A DNA stretch of 64,000 bases from Chara braunii (lineage: Eukaryota; Plantae; Charophyceae). The notes beneath the pieces were generated by a model. That model searched no databases. It was not told the DNA's origin and saw only the letters and a program-made list of their open reading frames with translations. A program made the translations under genes and the position numbers. The stretch is taken from positions 3,629,078-3,693,077 of the forward strand of contig BFEA01000007.1 of assembly GCA_003427395.1 (NCBI GenBank). Reading direction: 5' to 3'. Below are positions 1 to 12,677 of this stretch, piece by piece (the first letter of the stretch is position 1; every line of letters begins with the position of its first letter).

Positions 1-429
1 CACGAAAGGACGCTGTCCCGCCCGTCGCCTCACCGGTAGTCAATTCATGCCATGCCACTTCCTGCTCCGCCCCGATTGCCCGACATACTGACAAGTTCCG
101 GTCCACGCGAGTAGAAGACGGCCCGATTCGTCTACGGCCAGACCGATTCCTCTTCTGCCCGCGCGCACCGGGATTTTTCCGCCCCTCGCCCTAGGTTCCA
201 CCGATTCCCCCTTATCTGCTGCCCATCACCGGTTCCGTGTGGTGTCGCCCCGTTTCTGTTGGGACCCACGAGAGGACTGTTGTTTCCTTTAGTAGTATAG
301 GGATAGGGATGTCAAAGAAGAAAACAAAAAGAACTCACATCGCGATTGATTTACCGTGAGGGAACAGGTGCGCAACCCGTAGTTTGTTTCTTGATGTGGT
401 TCGGGAAGCGAAAGGTAGTGATTATGTTG

Positions 430-617
430 TACGTATGTTTTGTCATGTTCACGTATACGCAACTCAAAGAAAGTGTGTGTGTGGGGTTCTGGTTAGTACT
501 TTATTCACTATGTTCATGGGACACTGGACCCAGCTTCCAGCAGGTGGCGCTCCCCATCAATAGACAGGAGAATGTGTGTGCATGTGTACGTGAGTGTGTG
601 TGTGTGTATGTGTGTGC

Positions 618-655
<38 letters not shown>

Positions 656-660
656 AAGAT

Positions 661-696
<36 letters not shown>

Positions 697-972
697 CTGC
701 TACATGCAGCACGTCAGTGGCGGGGAGCACAAGGGCAGACGTTGACCTAAAAAAAAAAGAAAAAAAATTATTGGAATACAAGACTTTTTTCTTTTCGAAA
801 TCCAGCGAGCGATTGCGTATGTATGTTTTGTCATGTTCGTTATACACAAGTCGAAGAGTGTGTGTGGGGTCCCAGTTGGTGCTTTATTCACGATGTTCAT
901 GGGACACTCGACCCGGTTTCCAACAAGTGGCGCTCCCCATCAATACAGGAGAACGTGTGTGCGTATGTACGT

Positions 973-1031
<59 letters not shown>

Positions 1032-1258
1032 CGTGTGTGCGCGTGCGTGTGTGCTTGTACGTGNNNNNNNNNNNNNNNNNNNNNNNNNNNNNNNNNNNNN
1101 NNNNNNNNNNNNNNNNNNNNNNNNNNNNNNNNNNNNNNNNNNNNNNNNNNNNNNNNNNNNNNNNNNNNNNNNNNNNNNNNNNNNNNNNNNNNNNNNNNNN
1201 NNNNNNNNNNNNNNNNNNNNNNNNNNNNNNNNNNNNNNNNNNNNNNNNNNNNNNNNNN

Positions 1259-1354
<96 letters not shown>

Positions 1355-1460
1355 GCAGCATGCAGCAAGTCAGTGGCGGGGAGCACAAGGGCAGACGATG
1401 ACCTCCAAAAAAAAAATGCAAAGTAATTTTATTGGAATACAAGAGTTTTTTCTTTTCGAA
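430..1460 (+). repeat. Tandem ~385-bp unit (at least 2 copies, gap inside) containing (TG)n(AG)n microsatellites
   Basis: Unique parts repeat: TCATGTTC..TATAC..GTGTGTGGGG..TTTATTCAC.ATGTTCATGGGACACT at ~440-565 and ~830-950; CAGTGGCGGGGAGCACAAGGGCAGACG at ~715 and ~1371. Confidence 0.85.
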
Positions 1461-4400
1461 ATCGGAATAGAAAAGGTACACGTATTCAAATACGGCGTGT
1501 ACGTGTTCTATTCGAGGTTCGCTGCTATTTGATGAAAGTGGAGCCTCGCCGTTTCAATTTCAAAAATGGCTTAAGGACCGTGGCCTCCTCAGCCTCCTAT
1601 GGGCAGCCACCGGTCCTACACGGTCCTTGCCCTTGCAAGGGCCCAAACCCTCAAAATGCCCACGCTCCCGACCACCGACGTTGAAATTTAATTGACGTTG
1701 AAATGTCTCAAGGGGGGGAAACGCAACCATGACGGGTTGCGAACAAATTAGGTCAGGGGTCCCCTGGATAGGCTTACTGGTGGCAGTAGGTAGGTAGTGA
1801 AATGAAAGGTGAACTATGAGAAGAATATAGCTTAGTTTCAGGAGGAAAAAAAACGAACTCACTTCAAGTGGTTGTGCTAAGAACGCAGCAGCGGGGTGGG
1901 GTTCCTTTTCTCCCTTGTGAAATCCGACAGATCCCCGACGAATATGCAGGGGGTGCACAGGCGGCCAGGATGGGGATCAGTCAGAAGTAGACTTTCACAG
2001 CCCTTGGGGCGGGCGATACCACCTTGGGGGCCTAGTTGCACTACTCTTCATAGGCCAAGTTTGGCGAGTAGGCGTCTGGTTGCACTTACTCGCTAAGCTT
2101 GGCAAATGCAAAATGTGTAAGACGGCTCGCCACACCGTCGACACAAGTTGTGATAGAATTCGGTTTTCCCACCTGTGCACGGCGGTTTGTGGAGGGTGGT
2201 CCTGAAACCTCTCCACAAAACAACTTTCTGGAGAGTGCAGGGCTTCACGAGTCAACATCAGGTAGGCAAAAAATTTTAACTTTTTTGTAGAAGAAATCTA
2301 GTGGCGAGTAAGTGCAACCAGGCCTTGAGTTCAACACTTTTTTTTCCTTTTTTTTTTTTGAGAAGTTGTCGCTTTATATTCCAAATAAAAAGTGGTTGAG
2401 GCCGGGGACCTCACAATTCTACCTGGAGTACCAAGTAGTTGCCTGCTGGAAACCGGGTCCAGCGTCCCAGACCAATCTACCTAACTTCAAAAAATTAACT
2501 CCTAAAAAAAACTGACCTTGAAGCACAGTAAAAGGAGGCTAACTCAGCCTAACTTAAGCAAATTGACTCCTCAAAATGGCTGACCTTGAAGCCCAGTAAC
2601 AGGAGGCTAATATTTATATCAATAGTGACTTTTCATTGCATACAGCCTAAAACACTTCTTGTTTTGCTTACCGGACCTAAGATTGGTCCTAAATAACAAA
2701 CATCGACCTTTTTCACATAGTGAACCGAGGAATCCTTCCATCCTCCTTGATCAAGTTAACCATTTTGCCACCATCAAGCCCCCTTATGAGCTCACCATCG
2801 CTAAAAAGTTCTTCACCGTCCATCTTTTTCGAAACCACTGAAGGGCCCCTCCAGCCCTTTGTTTGGATTTCTTCCATTCTGCTACGACAGTCAGTCTGAG
2901 AGCATCCTTAATCACGCCTCTTTGCTGTTCGAGGGACCAGTTATCATGATCAAACACCATAGCGTTTTTTGCTTTCCAAATTATCTCCATTACAGTTCTT
3001 TTGCAGACCAGTGCTGCATATCCCCACGCATCTCTCCACTTTGTCTTGGGGGGTAAGATAGCCGATAGTATCCAATCATCTGTCCATTCCCACTCGTTAC
3101 CTCCCTCTTTTTCCCACTGCAGTTTCCACCATATCCATACTTCGTCTGCTAGAGGACATAGCAGTCACACGTGTTCCATAGCTTTCCACCCCCATTTGCA
3201 GCGCTGACACGTCTGATCAAGCTCCATGCCTCTGTGGTTTAACAAAACCTCAGAGGGTATTACATCTAGTGACTGAGCCTACATCAGACTCGCTTGTTTC
3301 TGAGAGGGAATCCTCTTCTGTATGTTCCATAGGACCTTGAAGTCGGGTAGGGGCTTAAATAGGCCTTGCTTTTTTTGGTATCTCTGTATTGCCGCCTCGC
3401 TTGGTTGCTGCTTCTTACAATGCACTGCTCCCACTTTTGGGCGATACTGAAATAGTGGTATTATCTTATTATTGTTGTTCTTCCAACCATATTGCACTGG
3501 TTTCACTCTGTATTCCTCCGCTAGGCCCTCCAGGAGGATCACGTGTCTGACTTTGTGCTCTTGCTGTTCCCAGACCTTAACTTCCGTCAGCCCCACCGTG
3601 GAGTCCAGTGTGATTACTTCCTCCCACCTCAGCTCTATCCCTTCTTTGACTGGTCTACCCATTCTCCACAACTCTAATCTCATGCCCTGCGGCAAATCCG
3701 GGCCTAGCACTTTTAGTACACAACGAGGGTTTTCTGGATGCTTCACCTACGTATCTTTGTCATGCTCTGTAGTATCCTTGAGGATCTCTTCCCAATGAGG
3801 GGGTAACGTTGCCAACAGTGCCTCATAATGTTCCTCTACTATGTGCAGTCTGGGCAGCTTCTTCCTCGGTTCTTCGACAAGCATTCATCCTTGTTTTTCC
3901 CAGTCCCATATATGTTTGACCAGGAACACCCCCTTTTTAATCCATGCTCGCGCAAAGTTACCTTCTTTTTGGGCAGATTCAAATGATTGGTCCGTCTCTT
4001 ACTTTATCCGCACATTGTCAAATAAACTGGCAGTTTGACACCGACGTCTGAACCCCCAACAGTCGCTCCGAATTCTCGGGCGGTACTTCTCTGAGGCCCC
4101 AATTCACACACAAATTAAATGGGGCAGGGAGTAAATAGGCGGACTTATCCCACTTTATAGATGCTTCAGATAAATAGCAATATATGTCTAATACTACTCT
4201 TTGTTCAGTAAAGGAGGCTAATGAGTTCTCACATGCAATTGTCAGATCATCGACTATGGCCCCGCCATTCCAATGAATGGTGGGGGGGATCTCAAAGCCT
4301 CTTATGTTAGGATTGTTTTTGATACTGTCTAAAGAAACCTCCAGTTGTAATACGAACAAAAGGGGGGCTAAGGGGCAGCCCTGTCGGAGAGATCAAGTAA

Positions 4401-5336
4401 GTTTGAAAGATTCTGACAATCTGCCGTTCACTAAAACTATTGACAAGGCATCCGAGTACATGGCTTTGTCGCCTTGCAAGAAAAAGGGACCGAAGTCCAT
4501 GTGGTTCAGTGTCGTGAAGACAAAGGACCACCCCACTTTATCGTAGGCCTTCTCCATGTCAAGGAGAAGGACTGCGATTTCTTTATTTTTTGATGCGATA
4601 ATCTCTAGTGCATGAAGGGTAGTCATAATATTATCGAAGATCGTCCGACCCTTAACGAAGACTCATTGTTCATGTCCAACCAGTTTGGGTAGGAATTCTG
4701 CCAATCTGATAGCCTGGGCCTTGGCTAAGATTTTGTAAGCTACATTCAGCACAGAAATTGGTCTATAGTTCCTTACTTCAGACTTACTTCCCTTTTTGTA
4801 CAACAGGGATATATACCCTTTTAAGAAACCCACCGGGAGTGACCCATCCGTTCTTATGTTGCTATAGATCTTAGTCAGGAACGGGCCGAACACTTCCCAG
4901 CATTCCACATGTAATTCCACAGGAAGGCCATCGAGGCCAGGATATTTCCCACGTGCCATCTGCCTGGCTGCTTTGCCCAGTTCATCTGCTGTGAAAGGTT
5001 CCTCTAGAGTCTGTTTCATTTTAGGTGACAGTTTAATCATGGATCTATCATAGAAAGAGTTGTTTATCCAGAGGTCTTTGTCACATGAATCAAAGGGTCT
5101 CCTTGTTGATACAATGTCGCTGAAATAGTCAACGGCAAATTAGCACATAGTTTTTGTGTTGGATGTCATAGTAGGATTTATCGCAAATGGGTGAGCAAAC
5201 TCCCTAATTAGAGATTTTGACTGTCTAAGAATTAATGATCGAAAGGAGATTTTAGTCATCTTGGTACCAAGCAATTCCCTTCAGTTTCAGCCAATCCAAC
5301 CACTCAGTGTGTTTCCTAACTTCTAGTTTTTTTAAT

Positions 5337-5484
5337 GAGGTAACTTCGGCGCAGTCACGAAAACAGTTTGTAATTGCATTCGAAACTGCGTTTTAGCAGT
5401 TTCGTAAGGGTCCGAGTTTCAATTGCATTTGAAACTTGGCCGTATGCAGTTCAGTCTGGGCCCTCGTCTATCCACGAACAGCAG

Positions 5485-5517
<33 letters not shown>

Positions 5518-6385
5518 ATCCCTTATACTGTGATTGCGGTCCGATACAGGATACTACAGTACTTATCTGGAACAAATAAAGCGTGGAATCCGCCCTGCCT
5601 GGTTGGCAGGGCGCTACAAGAACCTCACAACAAGAAACAAAAAAGGAAAACAACTTGTTTCATGTTCCTCACTTCCTGGTCAGATACATTCCTCAAAGCA
5701 CTGGTGACCTGAGGGTCTTCCCGATGTAGGTGGATTCGAAGTTCCTCGTTTCTTTACTTTTTAATTTCTTCTTTTTCTTTTTTCTTTTTTTGGCCTTCAT
5801 TCCTGCCCCGAGCCCCCCACTTCTTCGCAGTAGTCTACTCTTGAGACTTCGCGTTTGCCTGTGAAGGGTAGTGCCTGTGAATCTCGGTTGTGGCCGAGAC
5901 ATCTCGGCCGTGGCCAATCTGGGGTATGGCCGAGACATCTCGGCCATGATCAGTCTGAGGTGTGGCCGAGACATCTCGGTCGTGGTCAGTCTGGGATGTG
6001 GCCGAGATATCTTGATCGTGACCAGTCTAGGGTGTGGCCTAGATATCTCGGTCGTGGCCCAACCATCGGGCTGTTTTTTTTGTTTTTTTTTTTCCCAGCA
6101 GCAGAGCGGTGCGGCGAGGCAGGCGACCAAAAGAAAAGAAACAAAAGAAAAAAAAAGAAAAAAAGAAAGAAACGGGCTGCAGCGCGGCGCGCGCGGCGCT
6201 CAACCGAAACGGGAAAAAAAAAAAAAAAACGACCATGTGCCTGACTGAACTGCTAGAAAAAGTCAGCCCGAGTTTCAAACTGCTAGAACGCAGTTTCAAA
6301 TGCAATTGAAACTCAGGCCCTGACTAAACTGCTAAAACGGAGTTTCAATTGCAATTACAAACTGTAACCCTGACTGCGCCATAGT
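5337..6385. mobile_element. Non-autonomous Mutator-like DNA transposon with ~90-bp TIRs
   Basis: GGCGCAGTCA...TTTCAATTGCATTTGAAACT at 5348-5436 is the inverted copy of ~6292-6380. TTTTTTAAT occurs on both flanks (~9-bp TSD). Removing the element restores the LINE-A ORF2 frame (KAIIELKKLEVRKHTEW). Confidence 0.8.
5890..6060. repeat. 36-bp tandem repeat x5 with near-palindromic core GGCCGAGACATCTCGGCC
   Basis: Units start at 5891, 5927, 5963, 5999, 6035. Confidence 0.9.
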
Positions 6386-7246
6386 TTTTTTTTTTTAATT
6401 CTATTATTGCCTTATTTCTTTTCTCTGACCAGTAATAGTTTGTGAAACAGGTCTCCTCCCATCCTTTCTTCTGCCTGGGTAATCTCCCTTAGGAGTTGTT
6501 TCTCTTCCCACTAGTGTGCTGCAACAAGGATTCTTAAAAAATTCATTAGTGTGGATCTTATTATGTTAATGCCTACTTCCGCCCACTCTTGTTGGTCTTC
6601 GAACAGATCCGTTGCGTTTTCCCAGCACTGCATCCGTTCTGTGATCCATTCCTTAATCCCCCCGTCCTTCAACAGATTCGCGTTGAGTCTGAACAAAGGT
6701 CTTTCTTTTTGGACGACGTTGACCGCTATGACGTCCATAAGTACCGGATAGTGGTCAGACAGAGATGCGTATTGGACATCTGACCAGCAACACCTGTCCC
6801 AGGGGGCCCCTCGTGCCAAGATCAGATTTAGACGAGTTATGGGGGGCTGCGTTCTTTTTTAAGGCCGTGGGCCAAACCAAGAAAATCCATTAGTATCCGA
6901 GTTAAGAGTCCGGTAGACATCACTCAAAACTTGTGAATCTATCCCCAAGCTGAAATTTCAGCCACGCCAGTCTTCCTTCTGTATCAGTGCAAGAGTCTAG
7001 TTCGATAATATTAACGTTCTTATCTATAAGTATGACCACCCCACCACATGTCCCCACCGCTGGAGACCATATCTGGGGACCGTCCCAAAAGGCGGCCGCT
7101 TCTCTGATCTTTTCGGTGTTTATTTTTTTTTCTGCATCCCAATTATTTGCACATTCTTCCTGTGTATCTAGACCCTAAGCCTAACTCTTTTATGTATGTG
7201 CGTAGTCTTCCCTAAGCCACGTATATTCCAAGAGGCGATGCGCAGC

Positions 7247-10147
7247 TTAGGTGGGAGGACCATCAGGTTTGCATCCACCGTTTTGTTGGATCCGGTCTGT
7301 CACAGGGTGGGAGGTTCCTGTTACTCGGCCTTTATTCATGTTGCAGGCTGCTGCGATCATGGTGTTGATATTTTCGTTAGTCAGCTTGTCCTGCAGTCCA
7401 ACGTTTTGGACCCAGTCAGAAATCAGAGAGCCCTGTCTTCCGACCGGTAGAGGAAAAGCGCTGGCTTTGTCCTTTTGGTTCGTTACCAGTTCCTGCAAGG
7501 GGAACCAATGAACACGTAAGTCGCACCACCTATAAAACGAGTCTATTATGGTTTTGAGTCCCAGTAGTACAAAATAAAATACCACTGGGGAACCCTTTTC
7601 CACTTGGGACAGGTATCGGTTAGGCTTTGGGATAGGCAGGGGGACTACCGATCCCGTGTGGTGTAACACGTGTCTTTTTGTTAACTCCGCCACCTCCTCT
7701 TCAGTAGGTGTGTCGTTAACTGGTATCGCCGGTATCTCTGCAACCTTACTGTTCGGGAGTCGTGTCAACACCATGGTGTCATTTGGGGAGACATCCGAAC
7801 AAATCAATGGAATCAGGTACTTTTTTATTGTTCCTTTTAGCCTATCGTGCTTGGATAGCGTTTTCATTGGTCCCACAAGAGAGAGTTTCTTGCGGGCAAT
7901 CCGATGAGGATGACTTTGTTTTTGTCCCACACAATAGCCACTTCGGCCTTTTCCAGGAAAAAGCTCAGTTAATTCCTCTACAAACGTACCCATCCCTAAG
8001 GCATCATTTCTCTTAACCTTCTTGGAGGGAGAACCTTCAGCGGTCCCATCTTTTTTAGGACTGCGCACCTCGTCTTCCCTGGTGATATTATAAGATCGAT
8101 GTCTGTGAGGGGTCTGTCCTTCGTATTCCCTCCTTGTGGGTCGCCTGATGGTTCACCTTGTTCTAGCCTGTTTGCCCTTTCTTGGTCAGCCTCCTCAAAT
8201 ATGTCATTGTAGTACACTTTGGCCTTCCCAGAGAGGGCGCCATAGGTCGACGTTCGAGGAACAAAATTTGACCTGACAAGTCGTGCGAGGGGTCCCAGGG
8301 GTTGACCTCTGCTTCCCTGTCCTGCAGCGTCACCCCTACTATGCCCAATAAATCGTCCCCTCCCTCTGACTCTAAATCATCCTCCCCTACCCCTTCCTCC
8401 TCTTCCTTATCTTCCCATAGTTCTTCTCCCTCCTCTCCTGAATGCTCCTTATCCGCCTCCTCCTTATCCCTTGTGATTCCCTTTATCGCCCTTTCTTCTT
8501 CTGGGACGGGGTGTTCCCTCCTTTTCCTTCGTTGTTATCTTTGTGTTACTCTCCCCCTCTATCCTTCCCGCAACCCCGTCCTGATTGGTCGTTTCTGTTT
8601 TTTCTATGAGCTCTCTTTCGTCCTCCTCCTTTTCTTTATTGTTTCCTTCTTCCCCACATGATAGTTCCTAATCGTCTTTCACCCCGTTTTTCTCTTCCTC
8701 CTTATCTGCTTCTTCCTCCTCCTCATCGTCTTCCTCTTCATCCTCCTCCTCGTCTACCTCCTCTCCCGTCCCCTCATCCATGTCTTCTTGTTCCTGCTCA
8801 TCGCCCTTTTCTTCCAAATCTTCTTGTCGATCCTCATCATTTCCCTCTTCTTCCTCCAACCTCTTTTTGTTTTCCACCTCGTCTCCCTTTTCCTTTTCCA
8901 CCTCGTCTCCCTTTTCCTTTTCCACCTCGTCTCCCTTTTCTATCTCCATTTCGTCTGTCCCTTCCTAACGTGGAACAGGTCCCTTGAGTGCCTCTTTATA
9001 GGCTGGTTCTGTGCGTCATTTCCAGATGACCAGCTCCTGACCCGTGGCTGGGTTTTTCTGACCGGGTGTTCCCTCGGCCTTTTTCCCCATGCCTTGGGTC
9101 GGGGCAGGAGACTGGTTTCCATCCTTGCCCTTATTTCTTTTACCCTTCTCTTTTCCTCCAGCCTCCCTTTCTTTGTCCCTTCCCTTTTCCATAGGACCTT
9201 TTCCACGATTACTATTGTTGTTGTTTGGCTTCCTCGGGCCTAAATTTTATTTTCCTTTTTGTTTCGCTTGCCCTTTCTGGCTTGGCTTGGCCGGACAGTC
9301 TGGATCACCCACACAATGATAGAAACGTCGGCATTCCGCGCATCACGGAGTGTCAGCGTCAACCACTTCAATTTCTACTGAGCCTTGTTTGCCCAAGTCT
9401 ACCAATAGCCAAGGCTTGAAACGAAATCTTGCGGAGGATGCCAAATCGAATCGAACGTTCTTCGGTTCCGGAGATCCGGGTTCATCAAATGATAGGGGGA
9501 AAGTTTTCAAAATTAGACCAAAGGCTTCTTCCACCGCCGTTTTGAGTTGTGGAAGAGTTGCTACAGGAACCAGGAAGCACCTAAACCAAAAAAAAAAAAA
9601 TCGCATGGCTTCCCTCCACTCCTGGAGTTGGTTTTCGTTCATCCATGGTTGAAAAGTCATCGAGTAACGTTTCCCATTGAGGGTGATTTGCTCTTGTTTC
9701 TTTCGCAGCATAAATGCGGCCACCTAACTCGAGGATGAGACGTATGCGACCAAATTTCCGCATTCATTGTGGAATAACCCTCGTTTGGGGGCCACGTTAA
9801 GTTGTGGGTTGGCCGCTCACCCATCCTTGTATGTATGAACCAAACGTTTTTTAACATCGACAGGCAGGGCGGTTGACTCATCTCCAAACAAGATCGTGAC
9901 CGCATGCTATTTAGGCCATTCGACTTGCACACGGAAAAAATACGGGTTAATAATTACCCTAACGAAATCGTCGCCTACTTCCACCGTGTTTTTGGCCAAG
10001 TGGCTCGACAAAATTCCATCAGTGTAATACTGGCTCATGATATCCCGTATTCGTTGCCTTTCGGAATCAGACATTGGGGAAGTCGGGCCAGGGGTGGCGG
10101 GGGGGGGAGGGGGGAGGGGGAGGTGAGGAGGCTCTGTTGACTCTCAT
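7247..10147 (-). pseudogene. LINE-A ORF1 (fragmented): N-terminal domain, degenerate Zn-knuckle, acidic low-complexity linker, conserved C-terminal domain
   Basis: ORF 9343-9723 (FWFRCFLVP...KNVRFDL...DADTP) aligns with LINE-C ORF1 (FWVLAIQVP...LNVRCEL...SADTP). ORF 7247-8068 aligns with the ORF1 C-termini of LINE-B and LINE-C. Confidence 0.8.
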
Positions 10148-11504
10148 AATTGTGGTCTCTCTTTTGTCTATCCTTTCCCTCCCTCCTTGCTGCCCTTATT
10201 CGTTCGACTCCCAAAGCAGGACTTACTAAACTACGCAAGTTAGTTCACATACAAGCAGGACCGAGTTCCTAATTTAAATAGATAATATTATTTTATGTTG
10301 AGACATAAATAAACTGGGATAACTTCGTTATAAACCTCCCCTTACTCTCAGTCTTACGAGATAGTACTTTTGTTCATATATGCAAACTCCAAGAAAGCGA
10401 GTAGTCATTTTGTCTGATGGCGCCACAAAATTTCCACATCTCAACTCATGCCCCCACGGTTGTTCTCTCCTTTCTCCATTGCTTGTTGGAAGCAAGCAGC
10501 CGTGAAGACAGGATCCCAGAGGCCCAGGCAATAACGGCTGCAGTCGGCTCCTAAGCTTCGTTTGTTGACCGCTACTCCCCGGTTGGCCGAACAACTTCCT
10601 GCCCCCTGATATTCCACCGAGGGAAACGTCGTAAGTCTATACCACGCGGAAGCAGGAAGGGGCTTAGAAAATGACGAAGACGATGCCTTTCCACAAGCTC
10701 CCCGCCTTGGGCAGCGGAAACGATGTTTTTCTCGGTTACTTCTTTCACCAACATAAGTCGCACTGACCGAGACCGGAACCTCTCTGCCCCCTGGTATTCC
10801 ACAGGGGGAAACGCAGTACTACCATACCACGCGGGAGGTGGTCGGCGCCTTCAAGTTGAAAATTACGAAGACGACGCCCTACCTGACACTCCAACCCTAG
10901 GGCCGATATCCTCCGCACATAAAAATGTCGAAAATTGCATAACGCGGATTAGCGTGAAATAACGCCGATTAGCGCAAAATTAGCGCAGCCCCCGACCCGG
11001 TCCGTCCTTGCCACTTTCTGCTTCCAGGTGCACTCATTTTTTTATTTTTTTCTTATCTTTTTCACTCTCCACGCATCCACCACGAAATGTGACGGATGCC
11101 TGTGGCCCTCTCGAGAAAGGAAAGCAGGGCGGGGGAGGCGTGACCTTGCTTCGGTCGGCGCTGTGCGCTCTGCCAAGCGGTACCGGGTCGGCAAAACCCG
11201 AGTTGTCATCTAGGTCGCTACCAATGTGATAGCACCCTGGAGTCTACTCACCAATCGCCCTCCTCGAAGGGTGGATATGGTGAGTTTCTAGCCATAGGTA
11301 TAGGCAGATAGACAGAGGAAGCGACCCCCCCACGGCTAGAAGGTGTCTACGGAGTCAAGAGACGAGTGAAGACAAGCCAGAACAAGAACAAGGGCGAGTC
11401 AAGGCAAAGGATATTGGAACTTAAGAGGTGGGAGCAAGAGTATAGGTAGAAGATGGAGTCGACACCGGGAGGGGGAGGCTCAAGGAGGTCACCCCCAGTG
11501 CAGG

Positions 11505-12677
11505 ATGGTTCCTGGCAATTGGGCTCAAGTAGGGAGGGCTCAAGCGGGTGGCAAAACCCAGGATTGGCTTTTGGTGAACGGGTATGTACCAGGCCCCTGG
11601 CCCGGATCGGGACAGGCACTTGGCAATTCGAGCAGCGGCGTACCAGGATTAAATGGCACACAAGCACCCGTACCGATAGGACAATACGGAGGACAAGCAT
11701 CTGTACCGTCAGGCAGCCAGGTAATGGGGAACGTGGGTGCAATCGGCCTCGACCAAGGAGGCATAAGAGCGAATACACAAATGGTTGGGACTTCGGTTAC
11801 GCATGGCCAGGCACAAGGAAACTCCGGGGCAGGAGCCTTTGGCCTCTTTGGGGAAGCCGCAAGGGGAGGAGGAGCTACGGGTGGAACACGGGGTGAGCAG
11901 GAATCGACCAGCACCCCCAACCGCTCAAGAGGCAAGGGAATGGGGAAACAACGAAGACTAAGTTTGTCATCACATCCAGAGGTAACACCCGAGAACTCAA
12001 GAAGCTCAAGGGTATCAAGGGAAGACTCAGAGAAATCCGTCGGCCATGAAGTGAGGGCAGTCACACCAGGAAACAAGACCACTCGTGACAGAAGGTTAGC
12101 GACAACCGCCCGAGTGCAGGGAACGGAAATGCCACAGTATCTCCTCCCACTTCTGTGCACTGAGGTCCGGAATGCGAAGTGGGTAATTGCTTGGCAAAAA
12201 GGGTTAGGCCCGTTATCCCTTTTTGCTCAAGTAGTCTCGGATTTACCGACGTTAGCGATAATAGAGGATAGTCTGAGAACTCTGTACTTGGGAGCCTTCC
12301 CGGTACGCGTTATTCAGGATATACCCACGCCAAGGGTCCTGTTTGGCCCAACGGAAAACAAGGTAAAGTTCTACCTACCAATTGTAAACGCGAGATTGAC
12401 AGATAGCAAAGTCACGGAGCTCGAAGCACTTAGTCTCCGCCTTATCCCCCTGGCCTTGTTCGTTGAATGTAAGAAGCAAGAACTGGCAAGGCTGGTGATT
12501 TCCCCAATGATGATCCCAGCAGATGCGATAGCAGAGCTAAAAATTCGCCTCCCGAAAGACAAGAGGTTAGATTCTCAGTTCATGCACTCGGCCCTCACTC
12601 AGGTTTGGAATGGAGGAGGAGCATCATCATCGGCCCAAATTCAACCGTCATTTGGCAGAAGCGATAGGAATGGTTAG
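11505..12677 (+). CDS. LINE-B ORF1, C-terminal part
   Basis: 390-aa open frame. QYLLPLLCTEV...WVIAWQ...FPVRVI is clearly homologous to LINE-C ORF1 EKWLLPIICSLV...HVIAWQ...FPVRLV. Overlaps the ORF2 ATG at 12670. Confidence 0.8.
   Translation: MVPGNWAQVGRAQAGGKTQDWLLVNGYVPGPWPGSGQALGNSSSGVPGLNGTQAPVPIGQYGGQASVPSGSQVMGNVGAIGLDQGGIRANTQMVGTSVTHGQAQGNSGAGAFGLFGEAARGGGATGGTRGEQESTSTPNRSRGKGMGKQRRLSLSSHPEVTPENSRSSRVSREDSEKSVGHEVRAVTPGNKTTRDRRLATTARVQGTEMPQYLLPLLCTEVRNAKWVIAWQKGLGPLSLFAQVVSDLPTLAIIEDSLRTLYLGAFPVRVIQDIPTPRVLFGPTENKVKFYLPIVNARLTDSKVTELEALSLRLIPLALFVECKKQELARLVISPMMIPADAIAELKIRLPKDKRLDSQFMHSALTQVWNGGGASSSAQIQPSFGRSDRNG

Larger units (their letters stand above)
2700..7245 (-). pseudogene. 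LINE-A ORF2 (APE endonuclease + reverse transcriptase), with frameshifts and stops, interrupted at 5337-6385
   Basis: Motifs LRIASWNIRGLG (~7240), SDHYPV, PGLDGLP, NYRPISVLNVAYKILAK, LLDMEKAYDKV, QGCPLAP, AIVDDL. Confidence 0.92.
2337..11030 (-). mobile_element. LINE-A, decayed L1-clade non-LTR retrotransposon (5' boundary approximate)
   Basis: Poly(A) tail seen as T-run 2338-2359; ORF2 and ORF1 fragments on the minus strand in the expected order. No TSD identified. Confidence 0.9.
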
